Assembly: GCA_040954595.2 (NCBI GenBank)
Contig: CM082589.2
Location: 12,359,754-12,423,753, forward strand
DNA length: 64,000 nucleotides
Origin: Balanoglossus misakiensis
Lineage: Eukaryota > Animalia > Hemichordata
Direction of reading: 5' to 3'
Part shown: positions 36,101 through 47,580 of the stretch, one piece after another
Layout: each line of letters starts with the position of its first letter
How positions within the stretch are numbered: position 1 is the stretch's first letter
Notes under the pieces: model-generated
Databases searched by the model: none
What the model was told of the DNA's origin: nothing
The model's input: only the letters and a program-made list of their open reading frames with translations
Position numbers and translations under genes: made by a program

Positions 36101-39100
36101 AAGGGGTCAAGGGTAAGAGCTCAAGGGTCAAGGGTTGGAGTTCATGGGTCAGAGGTTCAATGGTTTGAGTCCAAGGTTTAAGGGGTCAAGGATTAGAGTT
36201 CAAGGGTCAAAGGTCAAGGGTTTGAGTTCAAGAGTTGGAGATCGAGGGTCAAGGTGGTCAAGGGTTAGAGTCCAAGGTTCAAGGGGTCAAGGATCAAGGG
36301 TTAGAGTTCAATGGTCAAGGGGTCCTGGGTCAAGAATTTGAGTTCAAGGGTCAAAGGTCAAGAGTTAGAGTTCATGAGCCAAGGATTTGAGTTCAAGGGT
36401 TAGAGTTCACGAGTTGGAGATCAAGGGTCAAAGGTCAAGGATTATAGTTGATGGGTCAACAGTTGACGTTCAAGGGTTAGAGTTTAAGGGTCAACGGTTA
36501 AAGGGTCAAGCATTAAGGGTCAGTTGTCAAGTTTAGGGTTTAAGGGTCAAGAGTTTTTTTCAAGGGTCAAAGGTCAAAGGTCAAAAGTTAGAGATCAAAT
36601 GTCAAGGGTAAGAGTTCAAGGGTCAAGGGTAAGAGTTAAGGGTCAAGGGTAAGAGCTCATGGGTCAAGGGTTGGAGTTCATGGGTCAAAGGTTCAATGGT
36701 TAGAGTCCAAGGTTAAAGTGGTCAAGGGGTCATAGGTCAAGGGTTAGAATTTAAGTGTTGGAGATGGGTCAACAGTTGGCGTTCAAGGGTTAGAGTTTAA
36801 TGGTCAAGGGTTTAAGGGTGAAGCAGGGTCAGTGGCAAGGTTCAAGGGTCAAGAGTTTTGGGTTCAAGGGTCAAAGGTCAAGGGTGAGAGATCATGACTC
36901 AAGGGTCAAATGTTAGAGTTCAAGAGTGAAGGATTAGAGTTCAAGGTTCAAAGGTCAAGGGTCAAAGATCAAGGATTATAGTTGATGGGTCAACAGTTGG
37001 CGTTCAAGGGTTAGAGTTTAATGGTCAAGGGTTCTAGGGTCAAGGGTTTAAGGGTCAAGCATTAAGGCTCAGTTGTCAAGTTTAGGGTTTAACATTTATT
37101 ATTAGAGAGTGATGGAGAGAGAGAATGGGATGGAGAGTGAGGGGGAGGAGAAAAGAGAGTTCAAGGGTTAGAGTTCAAGGGTCAAAGATCAAGGGTTAGA
37201 GATCAATAGTCAAGGGTAAGAGTTTAAGGGTCAAAGGTCAAGGGTTAGAGTTAAAGAGTTGGAGATTGAGGGTCAAAGGTTCAAGGGTAAGAGCTCAAGG
37301 GTCAAGGGTTGGAGTTCATGGGTCAAAGGTTCAATGGCCAGAGTCCAAGGTTCAAGGGGTCAAGAGTTAGAGTTCAAGAGTTGGAGATCGAGGGTCAAGG
37401 GGTCAAGGGTAAGAGCTCAAGGGTCAAGGGTTAGAGTTCATGGGTCAAAGGTTCAATGGTTAGAGTCCAATGATCAAGGGTTAGAGTTCAATGGTCAAGG
37501 GTCAAGGGTTAGAGTTCAAGAGTTTTAGATCGAGGGTCAAGGTGGTCAAGGGTCAAGGCTATGAGCACAAGGATCAAGGGTTAGAGTTCAATGGTCAAGG
37601 GGTCAAGGGTCAAGGATTTGAGTTCAACGGTCAAGGGTTAGAGTTCACCAGCCAAGGATTTGAGTTCAAGGGTCAAAGGTCAAGGGTTAGAGTTCAAGAG
37701 TTGGAGATCAAGGGGTCAAGGGTCAAAGGTCAAGGATTACAGTTGATGGGTCAACAGTTGGCGTTCAAGGGTTAGAGTTTAATGGTCAAGGGTTCAAGGG
37801 TTAGAGATCAAAAATCCAGGGTAAAAGTTCAAGGGTCAAATGTTAGAGTTCAAAGGTCAAGGGTTAGAGTTCAAGGGTCGAGGGTTGGAGTTCATGGGTT
37901 AGAGGTTCAATGGTTAGAGTCCAAGGTTCAAGCGGTATAGGATCAAGGATTAGAGGTCAAGGGTTAGAGTTTAAGAGTTGGAGATCGAGGGTCAAGGGTC
38001 AAAGGTCAATGATTATAGTTGATGAGTCAACAGTTGGCGTTCAAGGGTTAGAGTTTAATGGTCAAGGGTTAGGGTTAGGGTTTTGGGTTCAAGGGTTAGA
38101 TTTCAATGGTCAAAGGTCAAGGGTTAGAGTTCACGAGCCAAGGGTTAGAGTTCAAGCGACAAAGGTCAGGGGTATGAGTTCAAGAGTTGGAGATCAAGGG
38201 TCAAGGGGGTCAAGGGTCAAGGGTATGAGCACAAGGATCAAGGGTTAGAGTTCAATGGTCAAAGGGTCAAGGGTCAAGGATTTGAGTTCAACGGTCAAGG
38301 GTTAGAGTTCACGAGCCAATGATTTGAGTTCAAGGGTCAAAGGTCAAGGGTATGAGTTCAAGAGTTGGAGATCGAGGGTCAAGGGGGTCAAGGGTATGAG
38401 CACAAGGATCAAGGGTTAGAGTTCAATGGTCGAGGGGTCAAGGGTCAAGGATTTGAGTTCAACGGTCAAGGGTTAGAGTTCACGAGCCAAGGTTTGAGTT
38501 CAAGGGTCAAAGGTCAAGGGTTAGAGTTCAAGGGGTCAAGGTCAAGGATTATAGTTGATGGGTCAACAGTTGGCGTTCAAAGGTTAGAGTTTAATGGTCA
38601 AGGGTTCTAGGGTCAAGGGTTTAAAGGTCAAGCATTAAGGGTCAGTTGTCAAGTTTAGGGTTTAAGGGTCAAGAGTTTAGTTTCAAGGGTCAAGGGTTGG
38701 AGTTCATGGGTCAGAGGTTCAATGGTTAGTGTCCAAGTTTCAAGGGGTCAAGGATCAAGGGTTAGAGTTCAATGGTCAAAGGTCAAGGGTTAGAGTTCAA
38801 GAGTTTGAGATCGAAGGTCAAGGGTCAAGGGTATGAGCACAAGGATAAAGGGTTAGAGTTCAATGGTCAAGGGGTCAAGGGTCAAGGATTTGAGTTCAAC
38901 GGTCAAGGGTTAGAGTTCACGAGCCAATGATTTGGATTCAAGGGTCAAAGGTCAAGGGTACGAGTTCAAGAGTTGGAGATTGAGGGTCAAGGGGGTCAAG
39001 GGTCAAGGGTATGAGCACAAGGATCAAGGATTTGAGTTCAATGGTCGAGGGGTCAATGGTCAAGGATTTGAGTTCAAGGGTCAAAGGTCAAGGGTTAGAG

Positions 39101-42100
39101 TTTAAGGGGTCAAGGCGCAAAGGTCAAGGATTATAGTTGATGGGTCAACAGTTGCCGTTCAAGGGTTAGAGTTTAATGGTCAAGGGTTCTAGGGTCAAGG
39201 GTTTAAAGATCAAGCATTAAGGGTCAGTTGTCAAGTTTAGGGTTTAAGGGTCAAGAGTTTAGTTTCAAGGGGTCAAGGGTTAGATTTCAAGGGTCAAAGG
39301 TCGAGGGTTAGAGATCAAATGTCAAGGGTAAGAGTTCAAGGGTCAAATGTTAGAGTTCAAGGGTCAAAGGTCAAGGGTTAGAGATCAAGAGTCAAGGGTA
39401 AGAGTTCAAGGGTCAAATGTTAGAGTTCAAGGGTCAAGGGTTAGAGTTCAATGGTCAAAGGTCAAGGGTTAGAGTTGAAGAGTTGGAGATCGAGGGTCAA
39501 GGGGTCAAGGGTAAGAGCTCAAGGGTCAAGGGTTGCAGTTCATGGGTCAGAGGTTCAATGGTTTGAGTCAAAGGTTCAAGGGGTCAAGGATTAGAGTTCA
39601 AGGGTCAAAGGTCAAGGGTTAGAGTTCAAGAGTTGGAGATCGAGGGTCAAGGGGGTCAAGGGTTAGAGTCCAAGGTTCAAGGGGTCAAGGATCAAGAATT
39701 TGAGTTCAAGGGTCAAAGGTCAAGAGTTAGAGTTCACGAGCCAAGGATTTGAGTTCAAGGGTTAGAGTTCACGAGTTGGAGATCAAGGGTCAAAGGTCAA
39801 GGATTATAGTTGATGGGTCAACAGTTGACGTTCAAGGGTTAGAGTTTAAGGGTCAACGGTTAAAGGGTCAAGCATTAAGGGTCAGTTGTCAAGTTTAGGG
39901 TTTAAGGGTCAAGAGTTTTTTTTCAAGGGTCAAAGGTCAAAGGTCAAGGGTTAGAGATCAAATGTCAAGGGTAAGAGTTCAAGGGTCAAGGGTAAGAGTT
40001 TAGGGTCAAGGGTAAGAGCTCATGGGTCAAGGGTTGGAGTTCATGGGTCAAAGGTTCAATGGTTAGAGTCCAAGGTTCAAGTGGTCAAGGGGTCAAAGGT
40101 CAAGGGTTAGAATTTAAGTGTTGGAGATCGAGGGTCAAGGGGTCAAGGGTCAAAGGTCAAGGATTATAGTTGATGGGTCAACAGTTGGCGTTCAAGGGTT
40201 AGAGTTTAAGGGTCAATGGTTAAAGGGTCAAGCATTAAGGGTCAGTTGTCAAGTTTAGGGTTTAAGGGTCAAGAGTTTTTTTCAAGGGTCAAAGGTCAAA
40301 GGTCAAAAGTTAGAGATCAAATGTCAAGGGTAAGAGTTCAAGGGTCAAGGGTAAGAGTTAAGGGTCAAGGGTAAGAGCTCATGGGTCAAGGGTTGGAGTT
40401 CATGGGTCAAAGGTTCAATGGTTAGAGTCCAAGGTTAAAGTGGTCAAGGGGTCATAGGTCAAGGGTTAGAATTTAAGTGTTTGAGATCGCGGGTCAAGGG
40501 GTCAAGGGTCAAGGATTATAGTTGATGGGTCAACAGTTGGCGTTCAAGGGTTAGAGTTTAATGGTCAAGGGTTTAAGGGTGAAGCAGGGTCAGTGGTAAG
40601 GTTCAAGGGTCAAGAGTTTTGGGTTCAAGGGTCAAAGGTCAAGGGTGTGAGATCATGACTCAAGGGTCAAATGTTAGAGTTCAAGAGTGAAGGATTAGAG
40701 TTCAAGGGTCAAAGGTCAAGGGTCAAAGATCAAGGATTATAGTTGATGGGTCAACAGTTGGCGTTCAAGGGTTAGAGTTTAATGGTCAAGGGTTCTAGGG
40801 TCAAGGGTTTAAGGGTCAAACATTAAGGCTCAGTTGTCAAGTTTAGGGTTTAACATTTATTATTAGAGAGTGATGGAGAGAGAGAATGGGATGGAGAGTG
40901 AGGGGGAGGAGAAGAGAGAGTTCAAGGATTAGAGTTCAAGGGTCAAAGATCAAGGGTTAGAGATCAATAGTCAAGGGTAAGAGTTCAAGGGTCAAGGGTC
41001 AAAGGTCAAGGGTTAGAGTTAAAGAGTTGTAGATTGAGTGTCAAAGGTTCAAGGGTAAGAGCTCAAGGGTCAAGGGTTGGAGTTCATGGGTCAAAGGTTC
41101 AATGGCCAGAGTCCAAGGTTCAAGGGGTCAAGAGTTAGAGTTCAAGAGTTGGAGATCGAGGGTCAAGGGGTCAAGGGTAAGAGCTCAAGGGTCAAGGGTT
41201 AGAGTTCATGGGTCAAAGGTTCAATGGTTAGAGTCCAAGGGTCAAGGGGTCAAGGATCAAGGGTTAGAGTTCAATGGTCAAGGGGTCAAGGGTCAAGGGT
41301 TAGAGTTCAAGAGTTTTAGATCGAGGGTCAAGGGGGTCAAGGGTCAAGGCTATGAGCACAAGGATCAAGGGTTAGAGTTCAATGGTCAAGGGGTCAAGGG
41401 TCAAGGATTTGAGTTCAACGGTCAAGGGTTAGAGTTCACCAGCCAAGGATTTGAGTTCAAGGGTCAAAGGTCAAGGGTTAGAGTTCAAGAGTTTGAGATC
41501 AAGGGGTCAAGGGTCAAAGGTCAAGGATTACAGTTGATGGGTCAACAGTTGGCGTTCAAGGGTTAGAGTTTAATGGTCAAGGGTTCAAGGGTTAGAGATC
41601 AAGAATCAAGGGTAAGAGTTCAAGGGTCAAATGTTAGAGTTCAAAGGTCAAGGGTTAGAGTTCAAGGGTCGAGGGTTGGAGTTCATGGGTTAGAGGTTCA
41701 ATGGTTAGAGTCCAAGGTTCAAGCGGTATAGGATCAAGGATTAGAGGTCAAGGGTTAGAGTTTAAGAGTTGGAGATCGAGGGTCAAGGGTCAAAGGTCAA
41801 TGATTATAGTTGATGGGTCAACAGTTGGCGTTCAAGGGTTAGAGTTTAATGGTCAAGGGTTAGGGTTAGGGTTTTGGGTTCAAGGGTTAGATTTCAATTG
41901 TCAAAGGTCAAAGGTTAGAGTTCACGAGCCAAGGGTTAGAGTTCGAGCAACAAAGGTCAGGGGTATGAGTTCAAGAGTTGGAGATCAAGGGTCAAGGGGG
42001 TCAAGGGTCAAGGGTATGAGCACAAGGATCAAGGGTTAGAGTTCAATGGTCGAGGGGTCAAGGGTCAAGGATTTGAGTTCAACGGTCAAGGGTTAGAGTT

Positions 42101-43129
42101 CACGAGCCAAGGTTTGAGTTCAAGGGTCAAAGGTCAAGGGTAAGAGTTCAAGGGGTCAAGGATTATAGTTGATGGGTCAACAGTTGGCGTTCAAGGGTTA
42201 GAGTTTAATGGTCAAGGGTTCTAGGGTCAAGGGTTAAAAGGTCAAGCATTAAGGGTCAGTTGTCGAGTTTAGGGTTTAAGGGTCAAGAGTTTAGTTTCAA
42301 GGGTCAAGGGTTGGAGTTCATGGGTCAGAGGTTCAATGGTTAGAGTCCAAGTTTCTAGGGGTCAAGGATCAAGGGTTAGAGTTCAATGGTCAAAGGTCAA
42401 GGGTTAGAGTTCAAGAGTTGGAGATCGAGGGTCAAGGGTCAAGGGTATGAGCACAAGGATCAAGGGTTAGAGTTCAATCATCAAGGGGTCAAGGGTCAAG
42501 GATTTGAGTTCAACGGTCAAGGGTTAGAGTTCACGAGCCAATGATTTGGGTTCAAGGGTCAAAGGTCAAGGGTACGAGTTCAAGAGTTGGAGATTGAGGG
42601 TCAAGGGGGTCAAGGGTTAAGTGTATGAGCACAAGGATCAAGGGTTAGAGTTCAATGGTTGAGGGGTCAAGGGTCAAGGATTTGAGTTCAAGGGTCAAAG
42701 ATCAAGGGTTAGAGTTCAAGGGGTCAAGGCGCAAAGGTCAAGGATTATAGTTGATGGGTCAACAGTTGGCGTTCAAGGGTGAGAGTTTAATGGTCAAGGG
42801 TTCTATGGTCAAGGGTTTAAAGGTCAAGCATTAAGGGTCAGTTGTCAAGTTTAGGGTTTAAGGGTCAAGAGTTTAGTTTCAAGGGTCAAATGTTAGAGTT
42901 CAAGGGTCAAAGGTCAAGGGTTAGAGATCAAGAGTCAAGGGTAAGAGTTCAAGGGTCAAATGTTAGAGTTCAAGGGTCAAGGGTTAGAGTTCAATGGTCA
43001 AAGGTCAAGGGTTAGAGTTCAAGAGTTGGAGAGTCAAGGGGTCAAGGGTAAGAGCTCAAGGGTCAAGGGTTGGAGTTCATGGGTCAGAGGTTCAATGGTT
43101 TGTGTCCTAGGTTCAAGGGGTCAATGATT
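33161..43129 (+). repeat. Subtelomeric satellite A: heptamer-based (GGGTCAA/AGGTCAA/GGGTTAG/AGTTCAA) with ~600 bp and ~3.8-3.9 kb higher-order repeats
   Basis: Continuous 7-mer variants; near-identical ORFs at 34937/35535/36135 (period ~600); a purine-rich marker recurs at 33161, 37088 and 40849. Confidence 0.95.
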
Positions 43130-43339
43130 CGAGTGACCTTTGACTTACTTTCCCATATCTCAGCATCCAGAGCAGTTAGACCCCTGGCGTTTGGGATGAT
43201 TGAGCACACAATGGAGTCTTTATACACGAAATTTTGTGACCTTAGGGAAGCCTTTCACTTCGATGTACAATTTCTTCTTTCTTCAGTTCATTAAAATTGT
43301 TGCCTATTGAGCCGATTCACCTATTGTGTACGTGTGTTC

Positions 43340-43650
43340 ATTTAATAAAAGGAATATTTCAAATCAAATTGAAATAAATGAAATTAAATTAAATCGAAAT
43401 CATATTAATGTTATAAAATTAAATTAGAGTAAAATAAATTATATTAAATTAAATCAAATAAAAATCAAATTAAATCAAAACAAAACAAATTAATTAAAAT
43501 ACATTATATTAAATAATCAAATTAAGTTAAATCCATCTGTCATTCCTCCATCATTTATACATCCATCTGTTACCATCCATCTTTGAACCATCCTAATATT
43601 CATCTATCACCCATCCCATCTATCATCCATAGATCATTCATCCACACTCA
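43340..43650. repeat. Low-complexity A/T tract followed by a degenerate (CATC)n microsatellite
   Basis: aaattaaattaaatc... then catccatctgt/atccatc repeats. Confidence 0.75.
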
Positions 43651-46600
43651 TCCCGAAACCTAATCCTTACTGGGACCCCACATTAAACCCTTCGTACCTC
43701 AAAATCTCACCCCGAAGTCAGTCCCAGAATTGTACTCTCAAAAAATACTTTATTACTCAAACACCAATCACCGATCCAATTCCAAACTTACACTGTCACC
43801 ATCCCGTCACTACTCCCACCCAACTTCACCCCAGCCTATTCCCACTCGTTCCCCCATCATCACCCTGGCCTTCTTCACCAAAACCGCACCAGACCACATA
43901 ATGCCTCCATCTTTTACCCCACACCTTACACCCACCACAAATCCTAGCCATCACCCAACCTATCATAGCCCAAACAACCCAAACCCAATCAAAATTGACC
44001 CTAGCCCCACTTATCATCATCCAAGCTATCAATGCTCAACGGCAACCCAAATAACTTAAAGATTGGCATAAATCCAAACTCATACCACTGCCACCCCAAA
44101 TATACAAAACCAAGACGATATTACGAACCAATACCTACCATTTGTAGCAAATACACGACCAAAGATTTGATCCCATCTATCATCCATATATCATCCTTCC
44201 ACACTCATGCCGAAACCTAATCCTTACTGGGGCCCCACCCTAATCCGATAACCCAATCAACTTCGCACCTCAAACATCACCCCGAAGTCAATGCAAGATT
44301 TATACTATCAAAAAAATTCATATTACTCAAACACCAATCACCTATCAAACTATGAAGTTAAACTAACTCTCACGACCTTGTCAGCTACCATCACCACCCC
44401 GTCACCACTCCCACCCAACTTTACCCAAACCTATTCCCACTCGCACTCCCATCACCACCCTGGCCTCCTTCACCAAAACCGCACCATCACTTACACCACA
44501 CCTTGCACCAACCACAAATTTAAATCCTGGCAGTCACCCAACCTATTATGCCAAAACAATCCAAACCAAATCAAAATTGACCCTAGCCCAAGCCAACCAT
44601 CAATACCCGACGACCAACCAAATAACACTTAACTCATACCGCTGCCACTCCAACAATACATCAGGACTCTTTTTTTACAAACCATTTGTAGAAAATAGAC
44701 GACCAAAGATTTAATCCCTTCAAATATTCATCTATCACCCATCCCATCTATCACCCATGTATCATTCATCCACACTCATCCCAAAACCAAATCCGTACTG
44801 GAACCCCACCTTAAACCAATGACCCAATCCCATTCGTACCTCAAACCTCTCCCCGAAGTCAATCCCAGTATTGTACTCTCAAAAAATACCTTATTGCTCA
44901 AACACCAATCATCGACCCAACTCTAAACTTAAACTAACTCACACGACCTTGTCAGCTATCACCCACCACCCCAACACCACTCACATCCAACTTTACCCGA
45001 ACATACTCCTACTCGCACCCTCATCACCACCCTGGCCTACTTCACCAAAACCGCACCAGACCCTATAATGCCTCAATCTCTTACGTGACCACACCTTATT
45101 CCCACCACAAATCCTAGCCATCACTCAACCTATCATAGCCCAAACAAACCAAACTCAATCATTCTTGCCCCAAATATCATCAACCAAGCCATCAATGCTC
45201 AACGGTGGTAACCCAAATAACACTTAACTTAAAGATTGGCATAAACCAAACTCATACCACTGCCACCCTAAATATACAACACCAAGACTCTATTACGAAC
45301 CAATACCTACCATTTGTAGCAAATACACGACCAAAGATTTGATCCCATCTATCATCCATATATCATCATTCCACACTCATCCCGAAACATAATCCTTACT
45401 GTGGCCCCACCCTAATCCGATAACCCAATCAACTTCGCACCTCAAACATCACCCCGAAGTCAATGCAAGAATTATACTATCAAAAAAATTCATATTACTC
45501 AAACACCAATCACCTATCAAACTATAATGTTAAACTAACTCAGCTACCACTCACCACCCCGTCACCACTCCCACCCAACTTTACCCAAACCTATTCACAC
45601 TCGCACTCCCATCACCACCCTGGCCTCCTTCACCAAAACCGCACCATCTCTTACACCACACCTTACACCAACCACAAATTTAAATCCTGGCAGTCACCCA
45701 ACCTATTATGCCAAAACAATCCAAACCAAATCAAAATTGACCCTAGCCTAAGCCTACCATCAATACCCGACGGCCAACCAAATAACACTTAACTCATACC
45801 GCTGCCACTCCAACAATACATCGGGACTCTTTTTTACGAACCAAAACTTACCATTTGTAGAAAATAGGCGACCAAAGATTTAATCCCTTCAAATATTCAT
45901 CTATCACCCATCCCATCTATCACCCATACATCATTCATCCACACTCATCCCAAAACCTAATCCTTACGGAACCCCACCTTAAACCAATGAAGCAATCCCA
46001 TTCGTACCTCAAACCTCACCCCGAAGTCAATCCCAGAATTGTACTCTTAAAATATACGTTATTACTCAAACAACAATCACCGATCCAACTCCAAACTTAA
46101 ACTAAGGCTCGCGACCTTGTCAGCTATCACCACTACCACACAACTTTACCCCAACCTATTCCCACGCACTCCTATCAGCACCCCGACCTACATCCCAAAA
46201 GCCGCACTAGCCCCACCACAAATTTAAATCCTGGCAGTCACCCAACCTATCATAACTCAACGGCAACCCAAATAACTTAAAGATTGGCATAAATCCAAAC
46301 TCATACCACTGCCACCCCAAATATACAAAACCAAGACGATATTACGAACCAATAATTGTAGCAAATACACGACCAAAGATTTGATCCCATCTATCATCCA
46401 TATATCATCCTTCCACACTCATGCCGAAACCTAATCCTTACTGGGGCCCCACCCTAATCCGATAACCCAATCAACTTCGTACCTCAAACATCACCCCGAA
46501 GTCAATGCAAGAATTATACTATCAAAAAAATTCATATTACTCAAACACCAATCACCTATCAAACTATGAAGTTAAACTAACTCTCACGACCTTGTCAGCT

Positions 46601-47580
46601 ACCATCACCCCCCCGTCACCACTCCCACCCAACTTTACCCAAACCTATTCCCACTCGCACTCCCATCACCACCCTGGCCTCCTTCACCAAAACCGCACCA
46701 TCACATACACCACACCTTGCACCAACCACAAATTTAAATCCTGGCACCTGGCAGTCACTATTATGCCAAAACAATCCAAACCAAATCAAAATCGACCCTA
46801 GCCCAAGCCTACCATCAATACCCGACGACCAACCAAATAACACTTAACTCATACCGCTGCCACTCCAACAATACATCAGGACTCTTTTTTTACAAACCAT
46901 TTGTAGAAAATAGACGACTAAAGATTTAATCCCTTCAAATATTCATCTATCACCCATCCCATCTATCACCCATACATCATTCTCCACACTCATCCCAAAA
47001 CCTAATCCTTACGGAACCCCACCTTAAACCAATGACCCAATCCCATTCGTACCTCAAACCTCACCCCGAAGTCAATCCCAGAATTGTACTCTTAAAATAT
47101 ACGTTATTACTCAAACAACAATCACCGATCCAACTCCAAACTTAAACTAAGGCTCGCGACCTTGTCAGCTATCACCACTACCACACAACTTTACCCCAAC
47201 CTATTCCCACGCACTCCTATCAGCACCCCGATCTACATCCCAAAAGCCGCACTAGCCCCACTACAAATTTAAATCCTGGCAGTCACCCAACCTATCATAA
47301 CTCAATTATCCCAAACCAAATCAAAATTGACCCTAGCCCTAACATTGCCCAAGCCTGTTATCAATACTCGAAGGCCACCCAAATAACTCTTAACGTAACA
47401 AAAATCCAAACTCGTACTGCTGTTACCCCAACTAATTTAAAACGCTTTTACGCTATTCCGAACCAAAACCTGCAATTTTTATACACGACAAAAGATCCTG
47501 ACCATATGAGAACTCACTTCTGTCAATATTACAAACTCCTACAAATTCTCTGACAGCTAATTAATAAAATTTATTTATTA
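43600..47580 (+). repeat. Subtelomeric repeat B: C/A-rich ~570 bp monomers in alternating dimers
   Basis: cccgaagtca anchors at ~43711, 44281, 44852, 45454, 46020, 46495, 47066; alternating followers (tcccagaattgtactc vs atgcaagatt/aattatactatc); very G-poor + strand. Confidence 0.9.

Noticed and set aside
33820-43294. ORFs rich in RVQGS/KGQGLEF repeats (also 57896-60324 on minus)
   Set aside because: Translations of the heptamer satellite; short, present in several frames, no gene structure.
43730-46843. Pro/Thr/His-rich ORFs as mucin-like genes
   Set aside because: They arise from the C/A bias of repeat B; frames are not conserved between monomers.
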